A stretch of DNA of 64,000 nucleotides from the NCBI GenBank assembly GCA_964291415.2, contig OZ219918.1:32001-96000 (forward strand). Reading direction: 5' to 3'. The notes below the pieces were generated by a model. It was not told the DNA's origin. It worked only from the letters and a program-made list of their open reading frames with translations, and made no database searches. The position numbers were made by a program, and so were the translations under genes. How positions within the stretch are numbered: position 1 is the first letter of the stretch; each line of letters begins with the position of its first letter. Source of the DNA: Alphaproteobacteria bacterium (GTDB lineage Bacteria; Pseudomonadota; Alphaproteobacteria; SP197). Positions 20,016-29,896 of the stretch are shown here, piece by piece.

Positions 20016-21452
20016 TCAGGCGTTCGGGCGCGTCTCGCCGTTCCCCTTGTGCCGGGGCGCCAGCCGCACGCGAAGATTGGCCGGGAACATCGTGAAGGCG
20101 AGGCGCTCCTCGACGCCGTCACTGGCCGGGTGGATGTCGAAGTTCCGCACCAGCATGGCGAGCACCGTGCGGATCTGGGTGAGAGCGATGTTGCGGCCCG
20201 GACAGAGCCGCGGGCCGGCGCCGAACGGCAGGAAGGCGCGCGGATCATGGGGTGAAGGCTTGTCCCTTGAGAGCCAGCGTTCGGGGTCGAAACGGCGGGC
20301 ATCCGCGAAATGCTCCTCGCGCGTGGCTTCGCGGCGGACCAGCATCATGATCGGCGTGCCTCGAGGAACGTGGCAGCCCATGAGTTCGACGTCGCTGACC
20401 GGTTCCAGGACGTGAAGCGGCGCCACCGGCTTGAGGCGCATGGCCTCGTTGTTGAAGGCATCGATGAATGGAAGCTGCTTCGTCTGTTCCAGGGTTTCGA
20501 TGGCTTCAGCCGGTGCGATGAGTCTGTCGACCTCCTGGCGTGCCCGGTCGAAGTGTTCCGGATACTGCATGAAGTAGTGAACGGCCCAGCCGGTGGAGTT
20601 GGCCGTCGTGTCCTCCCCGGCCAGCAGCAGTGTCCCGGCGTTGGCAAAGATGTCTGCATCGGTGAACCCCGACCCCTCATCCTCCAGGGCAGCAAGAATG
20701 GCTTCGATGAAATTGGTCGGCTCGGGCTTCTCCGCCATGCGCTCCCTGGCGGTGCGGACCATGGCGTTGACCTCCTCCTCGAGACGGTCGAGCGCCCGGG
20801 CGAGCGTCCGGTCCGAAGGCATCGGCACATAGCGCCAATAGGGAAAGGGCGCATTGACCCGGCGATGCAGCACGGGGAACACCTTGTCGAGATGACGCTG
20901 GATCACAGGCCCCGGGGTCTCCAGCGTGTTGGCATCGATACCGAAGGCAAGGCCGATGGTGACGTCGACGGTGAAACGCATGAGATCGCTGCAGAGATCG
21001 ATTGTGTCCCCTCGAACGGCTGCCTGTTGCCAGTGCCGCCGCAAGCGTTCGGCCGTCATGACCAGGCGTGGGAAGAAATCCTCGAGATGCGCACGATTGA
21101 GCGCGGCGGCAACGATCCGGCGCTGACGCCGCCAGTCGTCGCCTTCAGCGGCAAAGACGCCCTTCAGCCTCATTTCCGTGGCGACCGCTTCCAGCGCCCT
21201 CGTGCGCCGGAACGCCTGCGGGCGCTGGACGAGGAGTCGCTGAATCGTCGCCCGGTCCGACACCACGACGACATCGGAGGGTCCGATACGGACCCGGTAG
21301 ATCGGACCGTAACGGTCCGCCCATTTCTCGAGATGCAGATGCAGTCTCGAGAACCGGATCTGGTGGAGGTTGCCGATCAGCGGGAGGCCACCCGGTCCGG
21401 GAAGATTTCGGACCCTGGCCGGTGTCGAGGCGGTTTCCTGGTACAGTGTCAT
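20016..21452 (-). CDS. Cytochrome P450
   Basis: PGPGGLPLIGNL, AGEDTT, EAMR, FDPERW, heme motif FGAGPRLCPG. Confidence 0.95.
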   Translation of the reverse strand: MTLYQETASTPARVRNLPGPGGLPLIGNLHQIRFSRLHLHLEKWADRYGPIYRVRIGPSDVVVVSDRATIQRLLVQRPQAFRRTRALEAVATEMRLKGVFAAEGDDWRRQRRIVAAALNRAHLEDFFPRLVMTAERLRRHWQQAAVRGDTIDLCSDLMRFTVDVTIGLAFGIDANTLETPGPVIQRHLDKVFPVLHRRVNAPFPYWRYVPMPSDRTLARALDRLEEEVNAMVRTARERMAEKPEPTNFIEAILAALEDEGSGFTDADIFANAGTLLLAGEDTTANSTGWAVHYFMQYPEHFDRARQEVDRLIAPAEAIETLEQTKQLPFIDAFNNEAMRLKPVAPLHVLEPVSDVELMGCHVPRGTPIMMLVRREATREEHFADARRFDPERWLSRDKPSPHDPRAFLPFGAGPRLCPGRNIALTQIRTVLAMLVRNFDIHPASDGVEERLAFTMFPANLRVRLAPRHKGNGETRPNA

Positions 21453-21707
21453 GGTGATCTCCCGAATCTGAAGAACCTGGCGCCGACCGACTGCTCTGGA
21501 GGAGATGTCACCATGCTGCAGGCAGCGCCGCAACCGCTGCTTGACAGGGGATCCCCCTGGGAGAACGCAAGGGCGTCGGGAATCGGGGAAGCCGCCAAGA
21601 GCGTTGTTCCGGCGACACGTGCGCAAGGAGCTTCAGCGCTTCCCCTCCGGGGGGACGGGGGAACTCCCGTTCAGAGCGGATACGGGGGGGGCGGCGTCGA
21701 CGGACGC

Positions 21708-24035
21708 TCAGGGGGTCTTCGCCTTGCCCGGCCGAAACAGCCAGGCACCCAGCGCCGGCAGCAGGACGACGGCGCCGACCATGTTGACCAGGAACATGAA
21801 CGTGAGCACCGTGCCCATGTCGGCCTGGAACTTCAGCGGCGCCACGGTCCATGTGGCAACGCCCGCCGCCAGGGTGAGGCCGGTCAACACGACACCCGCC
21901 CCGCTGGTGGCCAGCGCCCGCTCGTAGGCCGCGGCGAAGTCGAGACCCTCGGCGAGGTGGGTTCGCAGCCGTCCGTAGATGTAGATCCCGTAGTCCACTC
22001 CAATTCCCACCCCGAGAGCCACAACCGGCAGGGTGGAGACCTTGAGGCCGATCTCGAGCAGCGCCATGAGCGCGTAGGCCAGGAGAGAGACCACGGCGAG
22101 CGGCACGACGATGCACGCTGTTGCCGCCAGGGAACGGAAGGACACCAGGCACAGCGCGATGACCGCAGCGTAGACGTAGGCGAGGATGGGGAACTGTGAC
22201 GCTTCCACCTCCTCGTTGGTCGCCGCCATGACCCCGACGTTGCCGGAGGCGAGCCGGAAGGTGATGCGCTCGTTGGTGTTCGCGGCATCGAACTCCTTCA
22301 CCGCGTCGACCACGCGCTTGATGGTCTCGGCCTTGTGGTCGGTGGTGAAGACCGACACCGGCATCACGCTGCAGTCCAGATTGAGCAGGCCACTGCTCGT
22401 CGGCACCGGGGAGACGGCCTGCACGAGCATGTAGTGGTTGCGGGGCAGGGTGCGCCACTTGAGGCTGCCCTCGTTCCAGCTTGCGTTGATGGTCCGGGCG
22501 ACACCGGCAAGCCCCAGCACCGACTGGACGCCGTCCACGCTGCGCAGCCGCCATTCGAAGTCGTCGAGGGTGCGCATCACCTCGTAGTCGATGCAGCCTT
22601 CGGTCACCGTCTCGGAGATCACCGTCAGCACGTCCACGCCGATCTCGAAGCGATCGGTGATGACAGCCGAGTCGAGGTTGTACACCGAATCGGCCCGCAG
22701 TTCCGGCACTCCCTGGTGCTCGTCGCCCACCCGGACCTGCCGGGCGTACTCCCAGCCAACCGCCAGCAGCACTGCGGCTGCGACGATTACCATCGCTGCA
22801 GGCCGGCGATGAGCCAGTCGCGCGATCCGCATCCAGACCGGCCGCAGCAGGCCGTCGCGCGCCCGGGCCGCGCGGCGATGCTTCTCGTCCGGCTCAACGT
22901 AGGAGAGCAACACCGGCAGCAGCGCCAGGTTCGTCAGGATGATGGCGGCCACTCCCAGACTTGCGGTGACCGCGATTTCCCGGATGACCTGCACCTCGAT
23001 GTGCGAGATGGTGATGAACCCCGCCGAATCGGAAGCGAGCGCCACGGTGCCGGGCAACAGCAGGCGGCGGAAGCTCGCCCGCGCGGCGTCCAGGCCCGTG
23101 GCGCCATCAGCCACCTCCGCGCGGACCGAGCTCACCATCTGGACGCCGTGGCTCACCCCGATTGCAAAGACGAGGAACGGCACCAGGATCGACATCGGAT
23201 CGACGCCGTAACCCAGCGCGGTGAGTCCGCCGAGCTGCCAGACCACAGCGATGAGGGAGCAGGCGAGCGGCGGCGCAGTCAACCGGACCGACCGCGTGTA
23301 GGCGTAAACGAAGAGCGCGGTGATGAGGAATGCCAGTCCGAAGAATGCCATGACCCGGACCGCGCCATCGGCGATGTCGCCGACCATCTTCGCGAATCCT
23401 ATGATGTGCAGGTCGACGTGAACATCCACGGCCGCGTCTGCGCTGGCCTCGCGGCGGATGCGCTCCAGTTCGTGCGCCACCTCGATGTAGTCGAGCCGCT
23501 CGCCGCTGTTGGGATGGAACTCCTGAAGCTTGGCGGCGACGATGGCGCCGGTGAAGTCGTTCGCCACCAGGCGACCGACGATGCCGGCCTTGATGATGTT
23601 CTCCCGCACCCGGGCGAAGCCGGCCTCGGTCGGCTCGAAGTCCGGCGGCAGGACGTTGCCGGCGGCGATGCCGTCCTCCACCACCTCGATGTAGCGCACG
23701 TTCGGCGTCAGGATGGAGAAGACCTGGGCCCGGTCGACACCGGGAAGGAAGAACATCTCGTCTGTCACCTTGCGCAACGCGGCGAAGAAACCGGGTGTGA
23801 ACATGTCGCCGTCCCGCGCCATGACCGCGATCAGCACCCGATCCGCGCCGCCGAACTCCTCGCGGTACTCGAGGAAGGTTTGCATGTACTCGTGCTTGAC
23901 CGGGACCAGCTTGGTGAAGCCGGCGTCGACCCGCAGGCCCGACGCGAGCCACCCCATGGCCAGGGTGGCCAGCAGGAATGCCGCCAGCACGAGGGGCCGT
24001 CGGGCGAAGAGCAGTCGTTCTATGTGGGAAGTCAC
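21708..24035 (-). CDS. RND/MMPL family transporter
   Basis: Two TM bundles, AIGVSHGVQ and GIGVDYGIY motifs; start codon uncertain. Confidence 0.9.
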   Translation of the reverse strand: MTSHIERLLFARRPLVLAAFLLATLAMGWLASGLRVDAGFTKLVPVKHEYMQTFLEYREEFGGADRVLIAVMARDGDMFTPGFFAALRKVTDEMFFLPGVDRAQVFSILTPNVRYIEVVEDGIAAGNVLPPDFEPTEAGFARVRENIIKAGIVGRLVANDFTGAIVAAKLQEFHPNSGERLDYIEVAHELERIRREASADAAVDVHVDLHIIGFAKMVGDIADGAVRVMAFFGLAFLITALFVYAYTRSVRLTAPPLACSLIAVVWQLGGLTALGYGVDPMSILVPFLVFAIGVSHGVQMVSSVRAEVADGATGLDAARASFRRLLLPGTVALASDSAGFITISHIEVQVIREIAVTASLGVAAIILTNLALLPVLLSYVEPDEKHRRAARARDGLLRPVWMRIARLAHRRPAAMVIVAAAVLLAVGWEYARQVRVGDEHQGVPELRADSVYNLDSAVITDRFEIGVDVLTVISETVTEGCIDYEVMRTLDDFEWRLRSVDGVQSVLGLAGVARTINASWNEGSLKWRTLPRNHYMLVQAVSPVPTSSGLLNLDCSVMPVSVFTTDHKAETIKRVVDAVKEFDAANTNERITFRLASGNVGVMAATNEEVEASQFPILAYVYAAVIALCLVSFRSLAATACIVVPLAVVSLLAYALMALLEIGLKVSTLPVVALGVGIGVDYGIYIYGRLRTHLAEGLDFAAAYERALATSGAGVVLTGLTLAAGVATWTVAPLKFQADMGTVLTFMFLVNMVGAVVLLPALGAWLFRPGKAKTP

Positions 24036-24051
24036 GCAGGTTCCCCGGGGG

Positions 24052-25044
24052 TCAGTCCGCCAGACGCCGGACGCCGAATTCACCGATCAGCAGCACGCCG
24101 CCGTCCGCAAGCGGCAGCACTGCCGATATCCCCTCGCGCAAGGGAAGCGTTGCGGTCGACACACTGCGACCTTCGTCGCGGCTGGTGAGCACGCTCCCTT
24201 CCAGGCCCGTCACGACGATCGCACCCGATGGCAGCCGGGTGGCTCCGGTCAGCAACGCCTGGGTTCCGGTGGCGAGTTGCGTCCAGGTCTCGCCGCCGTC
24301 TGCCGACCGGAACAGGTGGCCCCTGAGCCCGGTCAGCAGCACCTGGTCCTGGTCGAGCGCAATCCCGCCGAACCACGATCCGGCGTAGGGTGAGGGAAGT
24401 TCGCGCCAGGTCGTGCCGCCGTCGTCGGAGCGGTAGACGACCCCTGCCTCCGCGGCGATGTACAGGCGCCGGGATGCGGTCGGCTGCGTGCCGGTGTCGT
24501 CGGCGGCCACGGGTATCAGCGCGTTCAGGTGGAAGTCGTCCTCGCTGACGGAACGACGGGACCAGGTTTCGCCGCCGTCGTCGGTGGCGAGGAAGTAACC
24601 ATAGGCCCCGACCGCGAAGCCGGCGCGTTCGTCGCGAAACCAGACGTCGAGCAGGGGAAGCTCCTCCTCCGGTGCCCGGTGCACCACGGACCAGGTTTCG
24701 CCGCCGTCGACGGTGCGCAGGATGACCGCGTCGTGTCCGACGGCCCAGCCGGTGCGCTCGTCGTGCATGTGAACCGCCGTGAGCAGGACGCGGGTGGGGA
24801 CCTCGGCCTGGGTCCAGCTTGCGCCGTCGTTGGTGGAGACCAGGATATGGCCGCGCTCACCCACCACCACGAGCCGCGCGCCGGCCGCCGCGCCGTCGAG
24901 CAGCAGGCCTTCGACCGCCAGCGGCGCCTTCACTGCCTCCCCGGCCTTCGCGGCAGACGGCGCAAGAAGCGCGAGCAGGAGCATGACCGACGCAAATCCC
25001 GCGGCCACCGGCCGCCGCCACGGCGTCGGTCTCGGGGTCATCAT
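24052..25044 (-). CDS. YCF48-like BNR-repeat beta-propeller protein
   Basis: Repeated S/TxDGGxTW Asp-box motifs, VGERGHIL; signal peptide. Confidence 0.9.
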   Translation of the reverse strand: MMTPRPTPWRRPVAAGFASVMLLLALLAPSAAKAGEAVKAPLAVEGLLLDGAAAGARLVVVGERGHILVSTNDGASWTQAEVPTRVLLTAVHMHDERTGWAVGHDAVILRTVDGGETWSVVHRAPEEELPLLDVWFRDERAGFAVGAYGYFLATDDGGETWSRRSVSEDDFHLNALIPVAADDTGTQPTASRRLYIAAEAGVVYRSDDGGTTWRELPSPYAGSWFGGIALDQDQVLLTGLRGHLFRSADGGETWTQLATGTQALLTGATRLPSGAIVVTGLEGSVLTSRDEGRSVSTATLPLREGISAVLPLADGGVLLIGEFGVRRLAD

Positions 25045-25104
25045 GACCCTGGGGGAAGAGCGGCGTCGGGAATGTCGAGGCTCAGGCGGCCGACGCCGGA
25101 CTCG

Positions 25105-26490
25105 TCACCGCCCTTCGCTGCGCAACGCCGCGGGCGTGAAATTCCGGGAGGTCAGGTCAGAATCCCAGGTGCACATCCGGTACTCGTTGTCGAGGCCGAA
25201 CGCGAGGTAGCGCCCCGCCTGGAGGTCGGTGTGCAACTCCAGGGTTGGCCACATCAGCGGCTTCTCATAGTAGTTGATGAGGTGGCCTTCCGACACTCGC
25301 CAGAGCTGATCGCGGTTGTCGTAGATATCGGCGACCAGAATCTGCCAGGAATCCTCGTCCACGTAGAAGGTGCGCCGCTTGTAGATGTGCGTGGCACCAT
25401 CCTTCAGCGTGGCCTCCACGACCCAGACCCGGTGCAGCTCGTAGCGCAGGAGTTCCGGATTGACGTGAAGCGGCTTGAGGATGTCGTCGAAGGAGAGGTC
25501 GCCGGCGTGCAACCGGTACGAGTTGTAGGGCACGTACATCTCGCGCTTGCCGACGAGTTCCCAGTCGTAGCGATCGACCGCGCCATTGAACATGTCGAGC
25601 TGGTCCGCGGTGCGCAGTCCATCCGAGGTGGTTCCGGGATTGTCGTAGGCGATGTTCGGCGCGCGACGCACCCGGCGCTGGCCTGGATTGTAGACCCATG
25701 CGCTGCGGGGTTCGCGAACCTGGTTCATGGTCTCGTGGATCAGCACGATGTCGCCCGCGAGCCGGGCCGGCGCGAGGGTCTTGTTCTTGTAGTAGATCAT
25801 CGTGTTGCCGAGCTCTTCGAGCGTCATGCCGGGTAGCGAGTAGCGCAGTTCAGCCTCAAGGCTCTGTTTGACCACCGTGTAGTCGCCGCCGCGGGTGACG
25901 GCGGCCTGTCCGACGATGCACGACAGCGTCTCGCCCCGGTAGCGCAGCAGGTGATTCCAGATCACCTCGAGGCCGCTGGACGGAATCGGGAAGGGAATGC
26001 CGATCACGGCATCGCCGACGCCGTTGCCGCCGTCGACCAGCCTTGCGGTGGCTGCGGCGGTACGCGTGGCGTCGTAGATCCGCTCCGGCACGGAGGCGCT
26101 GCGCCGGGTGGGATAGATCGTCATGGAGAAGCTCGGATAGGTCTCCAGCATGCGCTGGTGCCCGACCGAAAGCCGGTCGCGGTGCTCGTCGAGGTTCTCG
26201 GCTGTGATGACGAACAGAGGCTGGTCATCGGGATAGGGGTCGCGGTGATGCTCGCCGACGCTGTAGCCCGCCGGCGGCGCGGTGATGCCGCCGGTCCACT
26301 CCGGGATGGTCCCATCGGCGTTGCCGGCCCTTTCCCCGCCCAGTGGCGTGAGGTCGGCGCCGAGCCGCGCGATCTGGTCGGCGGCAAGTTCGGCCGAGGC
26401 GGGAAGCGCCAGGGTGCAACCGAGGATGAAGGCGGCACCCAGACGGAGCGTGGACGGTTTCGTGCAGTAAATGGCTTTCGTGGCGTTCAT
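25105..26490 (-). CDS. DUF1329 domain periplasmic protein
   Basis: LTPLGGERAGNADGTIPEWTGG, AWVYNPGQRRVRRAP, RYELHRVWVVEATLK. Confidence 0.92.
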   Translation of the reverse strand: MNATKAIYCTKPSTLRLGAAFILGCTLALPASAELAADQIARLGADLTPLGGERAGNADGTIPEWTGGITAPPAGYSVGEHHRDPYPDDQPLFVITAENLDEHRDRLSVGHQRMLETYPSFSMTIYPTRRSASVPERIYDATRTAAATARLVDGGNGVGDAVIGIPFPIPSSGLEVIWNHLLRYRGETLSCIVGQAAVTRGGDYTVVKQSLEAELRYSLPGMTLEELGNTMIYYKNKTLAPARLAGDIVLIHETMNQVREPRSAWVYNPGQRRVRRAPNIAYDNPGTTSDGLRTADQLDMFNGAVDRYDWELVGKREMYVPYNSYRLHAGDLSFDDILKPLHVNPELLRYELHRVWVVEATLKDGATHIYKRRTFYVDEDSWQILVADIYDNRDQLWRVSEGHLINYYEKPLMWPTLELHTDLQAGRYLAFGLDNEYRMCTWDSDLTSRNFTPAALRSEGR

Positions 26491-26502
26491 GGCGTCGGAC
26501 CC

Positions 26503-28575
26503 TCAGAACGAGTACTTGACGGAGGCGGTGACGAAGTCGCGGTCGCTCAGTTCGTTACCCTCGCCCGCGAGGCGCGTATAGCTCACGTTGGCCTGCCAAC
26601 TGCTCAGGTAGTCGGCACGCAAGCCGAGCGTGACAGCAGTCCGGTCCTCGACGAACGGACCGCTGGGCGCGGGACTGTTGCCGCTGACATCGTGCAGGAA
26701 CTGCATGTACGGGTAGAGATTGATCGACCCGACGGCGTTGTTGTAGTCGAGCCGCGCCGCGAGCCTGTAGCCCCAGGAGGTGGCATCGGCGTCGGCCTCA
26801 CCCTCGGCGAGCGTACCGCCGGCAGGGCTCTCCAGGGGCGTGACGGCCTTGTCCGGCATGCCGTGCACGTGCATCACGGCGGCCTCGGTCACGAAGACGA
26901 CGGCGTCCGCGCCCATGGCGGGCCCAAACACCTTCGTGGCGGTGGCCTGGAGTTGGCTGACGTCGTGCCTGACATACCCCTGGACCGCGCTTGGAGCGTA
27001 GCCGCTCAGGAAGGCCTGGAGGTTAGCTCCCGCCTGTTGTGCCGCGTGCGCGGCAGCTTGTGCTCCAGCCAAATCTCCGGCGGCCTGCAGCGCGGCTGCC
27101 CGGGCTTGGGCTGCTCCCGCAGCGCCCGCCAGTCCCAGTGCCGTGTTGATGGGTGCCAGACCGTCCTCAATCACCTTCCGCTCCGCTCTCTGCAACGGTG
27201 CATCGCGGCGGAATGAGTACTCGCCCTGCAGCGCCCAGCCCGAAGTGCCGAGCAGGGTGTTGAAGCTCAGGCCAAAGAGCTGGATGTCCTCGGGATAGTC
27301 AAGAAAATAGGTTCCTTGCTGGCCGTATGCGTCAATACCGGCCTGCGCCGCGACCAGAGGAGCAACAGCGCTCGCGTAGTCCTGGGTATTCTTGGCAATG
27401 CCGCCGCATGCTGCACTCGCCATGGGAGAGGGGCATCCCGCGGCAGCCAAGGCCTGACCGACGAGGGTTCTGACAGCCCCAGGGGCGGCTGCTCCAGCCG
27501 CTCCGGCGGCCGCGAGGCCCGCGTTCACGGCCTCCAAGGGAGCGGTCTGGGCGGCGACCGTGGGCAGGCGGCTATGGTAATTCATGGCGTAGAAGCCGAA
27601 TTCGGTGTCGTTGAGATCCGCCGCGAAGTAGCGCATCGCCAACCCCCACTGTCCGGTGTCGTCAGGAGTCCGGTCAGGGCCGCGGGGCACGTTCATGAAG
27701 TGAGGATCCGCCGCGATTTGGAATGCCGCGTAAAGGCGGTCTTCGGAGGTTACGCCTTCGTCACCCAACTGGACTCCGGGGATGACGAGCCGGGGGTCTT
27801 CAATCACCGCCCGGTTAGCTCCCGCTCCCGCATAGTCCACGCTCGAGAAGTAGCTGCCGACCGGGTCGATCCGCGTCTCCTCCCATTCGAGCTGGTAGAA
27901 GGCCTCCAGCGTCAGGTCGTCGGTCGGCGACACGGAGAGCGACGCCAGCCCGACCGGCAACAGCGCCTCGCGCAACTCCGAGCCCGGCTGCCTCAGCTTG
28001 CTCACGTCGAAGTGGTTCACGGCGTTGACGCCGTTGGGAATGAAGGTGCTCTCGCCCCAGTTGAGCACGTGGCGGCCGAGCCGCGCGTCGACGATCGCGT
28101 CGTCAATGTCGAAGGATCCGGTGACGTAGGCGTCGAGCACCTCGAAGTCCTGGCCCACCAGTTCCTTTGCCTCGTCGCTCAGCGGAGTGCGCTCCCGCGT
28201 CCCGCGCTCGTTTTCGAAGTCAATGAACCCGGTGGCCCGGACGAACGCGCCGAACGCGCCGCGGCGGACATCGAGGTCGGTGGTGAACTTCGACGTGTTG
28301 GAGACGATGCCCCGGTCGTAGTTGAGGTCGCCGTCGTTGCCGTTGGTGTCGGCGGCCAGCTCGGGGTCGCGATCCTCGACGCGAATCGTGACGCCGTGGG
28401 TGATCGTGGTGCCCAGGCTCCCCTGGAGTTCCCCGTCGCCGAACTCGATCGCCCGCGCCGGCGGCGTCTGCAGGAGCCCGCACAGGAGAGCGGCAGCCGC
28501 GGCCACGGCGACCGAGCCCGTGGCGCGCCCCGGATGAAGCCATCCGATCGCGTCAAATTCGCGTGTGTTCCTCAT
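26503..28575 (-). CDS. DUF1302 domain outer-membrane protein
   Basis: NGNDGDLNY, NWGESTFI, NYHSRLP, terminal DRDFVTASVKYSF. Confidence 0.92.
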   Translation of the reverse strand: MRNTREFDAIGWLHPGRATGSVAVAAAAALLCGLLQTPPARAIEFGDGELQGSLGTTITHGVTIRVEDRDPELAADTNGNDGDLNYDRGIVSNTSKFTTDLDVRRGAFGAFVRATGFIDFENERGTRERTPLSDEAKELVGQDFEVLDAYVTGSFDIDDAIVDARLGRHVLNWGESTFIPNGVNAVNHFDVSKLRQPGSELREALLPVGLASLSVSPTDDLTLEAFYQLEWEETRIDPVGSYFSSVDYAGAGANRAVIEDPRLVIPGVQLGDEGVTSEDRLYAAFQIAADPHFMNVPRGPDRTPDDTGQWGLAMRYFAADLNDTEFGFYAMNYHSRLPTVAAQTAPLEAVNAGLAAAGAAGAAAPGAVRTLVGQALAAAGCPSPMASAACGGIAKNTQDYASAVAPLVAAQAGIDAYGQQGTYFLDYPEDIQLFGLSFNTLLGTSGWALQGEYSFRRDAPLQRAERKVIEDGLAPINTALGLAGAAGAAQARAAALQAAGDLAGAQAAAHAAQQAGANLQAFLSGYAPSAVQGYVRHDVSQLQATATKVFGPAMGADAVVFVTEAAVMHVHGMPDKAVTPLESPAGGTLAEGEADADATSWGYRLAARLDYNNAVGSINLYPYMQFLHDVSGNSPAPSGPFVEDRTAVTLGLRADYLSSWQANVSYTRLAGEGNELSDRDFVTASVKYSF

Positions 28576-28815
28576 GGTACCCCCCTGTCACAATCCAGGC
28601 CGCGGACGCGAAGACGCCCGGCGATCCTCCCAACAAGCCGCGCGAATTAGAACACAAATCCGTACGCCAGACCAAGCCCCCTCGAACGGTCGAGGTGGAC
28701 AATGCGGGAGCCGTCTCCGGCACGGCGGCAATCCGGCGGCCGTTGACGCCGAAAAGCCGGGTGTGGCGCGTCTTCAAACCCGGTGATTTCGTCGTGCCCG
28801 ACAACCGCAGGATGA

Positions 28816-29748
28816 TCAGGGCTTGATGATCCATCGCACATGGCGGGATTCGGCCGTGATCACCAACCGGACAAGCCGTGCGGCCTCACGCCAGGCAACG
28901 GACACCGGCCGGTTCCTGGCGACGGCAAGCGAGAGCGTCCTCGCCATGACGGGCTCAACGATCCTGGAGGCGGCCAGGGTCGCGGAATGTCTGCGGACGA
29001 TGCTGAAGGGCAGGATGGCGAAGCCCTCGCCAGCCTCGACGAGGTCGATCAGCGGACCGTTCGTGTCTATCTCCATGACGACATCGGGCGTGAGGCCGCT
29101 GGATGCAAAGGCCTTGTCCGTCACCGACCGGAAGCCGCCGGGAAGGCCGTTGAGGATGAGCGGCAGCCGCGCCACGTCGGACAGTGGTATCGTCGGCTGC
29201 CGCGTCTCCGGCGCGCCCGCTGGCCCGACAAGGTAGAACTCCTCGGTGAACAGGACCTCGACGTTGCCGGCCGGCCGCGGATGGGTGTCGGCGACGATGC
29301 CAAGATCGGCAGCGTTGGTGTCCAGCATGCTGGGAATGCCGGAACTGTGGGCGGTGATGGTGCGCACGGCAGCGTTCCTGTGGAGTCCCCGGAACTGCTT
29401 GACGAGCGGTGCGAAGATGACGGCGCCGACACTGTCGGGAGCGGCGAGCCGGACTTCGCCGACAAGTGTTTCCCGCAATGTCTGGAGTTGATCGAGAGCG
29501 CGGTCATGGAAGCGGAGAACCTGTTCGGCATTCTCGAGGAAGTGCTGTCCGGCGGTGGTCAGGGCAACGCCGTGGCCGGAACGGATCAGCAGTGGCGTGG
29601 CGGCGAGGGATTCAAGGCGTTTCACGAGGCGGCTGACGGCTGGCTGAGGCACCGACAGGGCGTTTGCGGCTCCGGTCACGCTCCCGTGCCTGGCTACGGC
29701 GACAAAGCCCCGCAGCTGGTTGAGCGTGATATCGGGCCGGCGCGGCAT
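28816..29748 (-). CDS. LysR family transcriptional regulator
   Basis: LNQLRGFVAVARHGSVTGAANALSVPQPAVSR HTH. Confidence 0.93.
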   Translation of the reverse strand: MPRRPDITLNQLRGFVAVARHGSVTGAANALSVPQPAVSRLVKRLESLAATPLLIRSGHGVALTTAGQHFLENAEQVLRFHDRALDQLQTLRETLVGEVRLAAPDSVGAVIFAPLVKQFRGLHRNAAVRTITAHSSGIPSMLDTNAADLGIVADTHPRPAGNVEVLFTEEFYLVGPAGAPETRQPTIPLSDVARLPLILNGLPGGFRSVTDKAFASSGLTPDVVMEIDTNGPLIDLVEAGEGFAILPFSIVRRHSATLAASRIVEPVMARTLSLAVARNRPVSVAWREAARLVRLVITAESRHVRWIIKP

Positions 29749-29896
29749 GGTAGGGGAGGGACCGTTACGCCTGCTGCCTTGGAAAGCGGGAGACACCATA
29801 CCCTCAACAGCATGGCGAACATACCTTTTCGGGAAGGATGTGTGGACCGGTCATGAGCGTATTGTTGCAGACTTGGGCCAAGCGAATGGAGTGGTC

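Noticed and set aside
27000-27540. Ala-rich stretch in DUF1302 as a tandem repeat or insertion element
   Set aside because: Low-complexity in-frame coding sequence with no repeat unit or bounding repeats.
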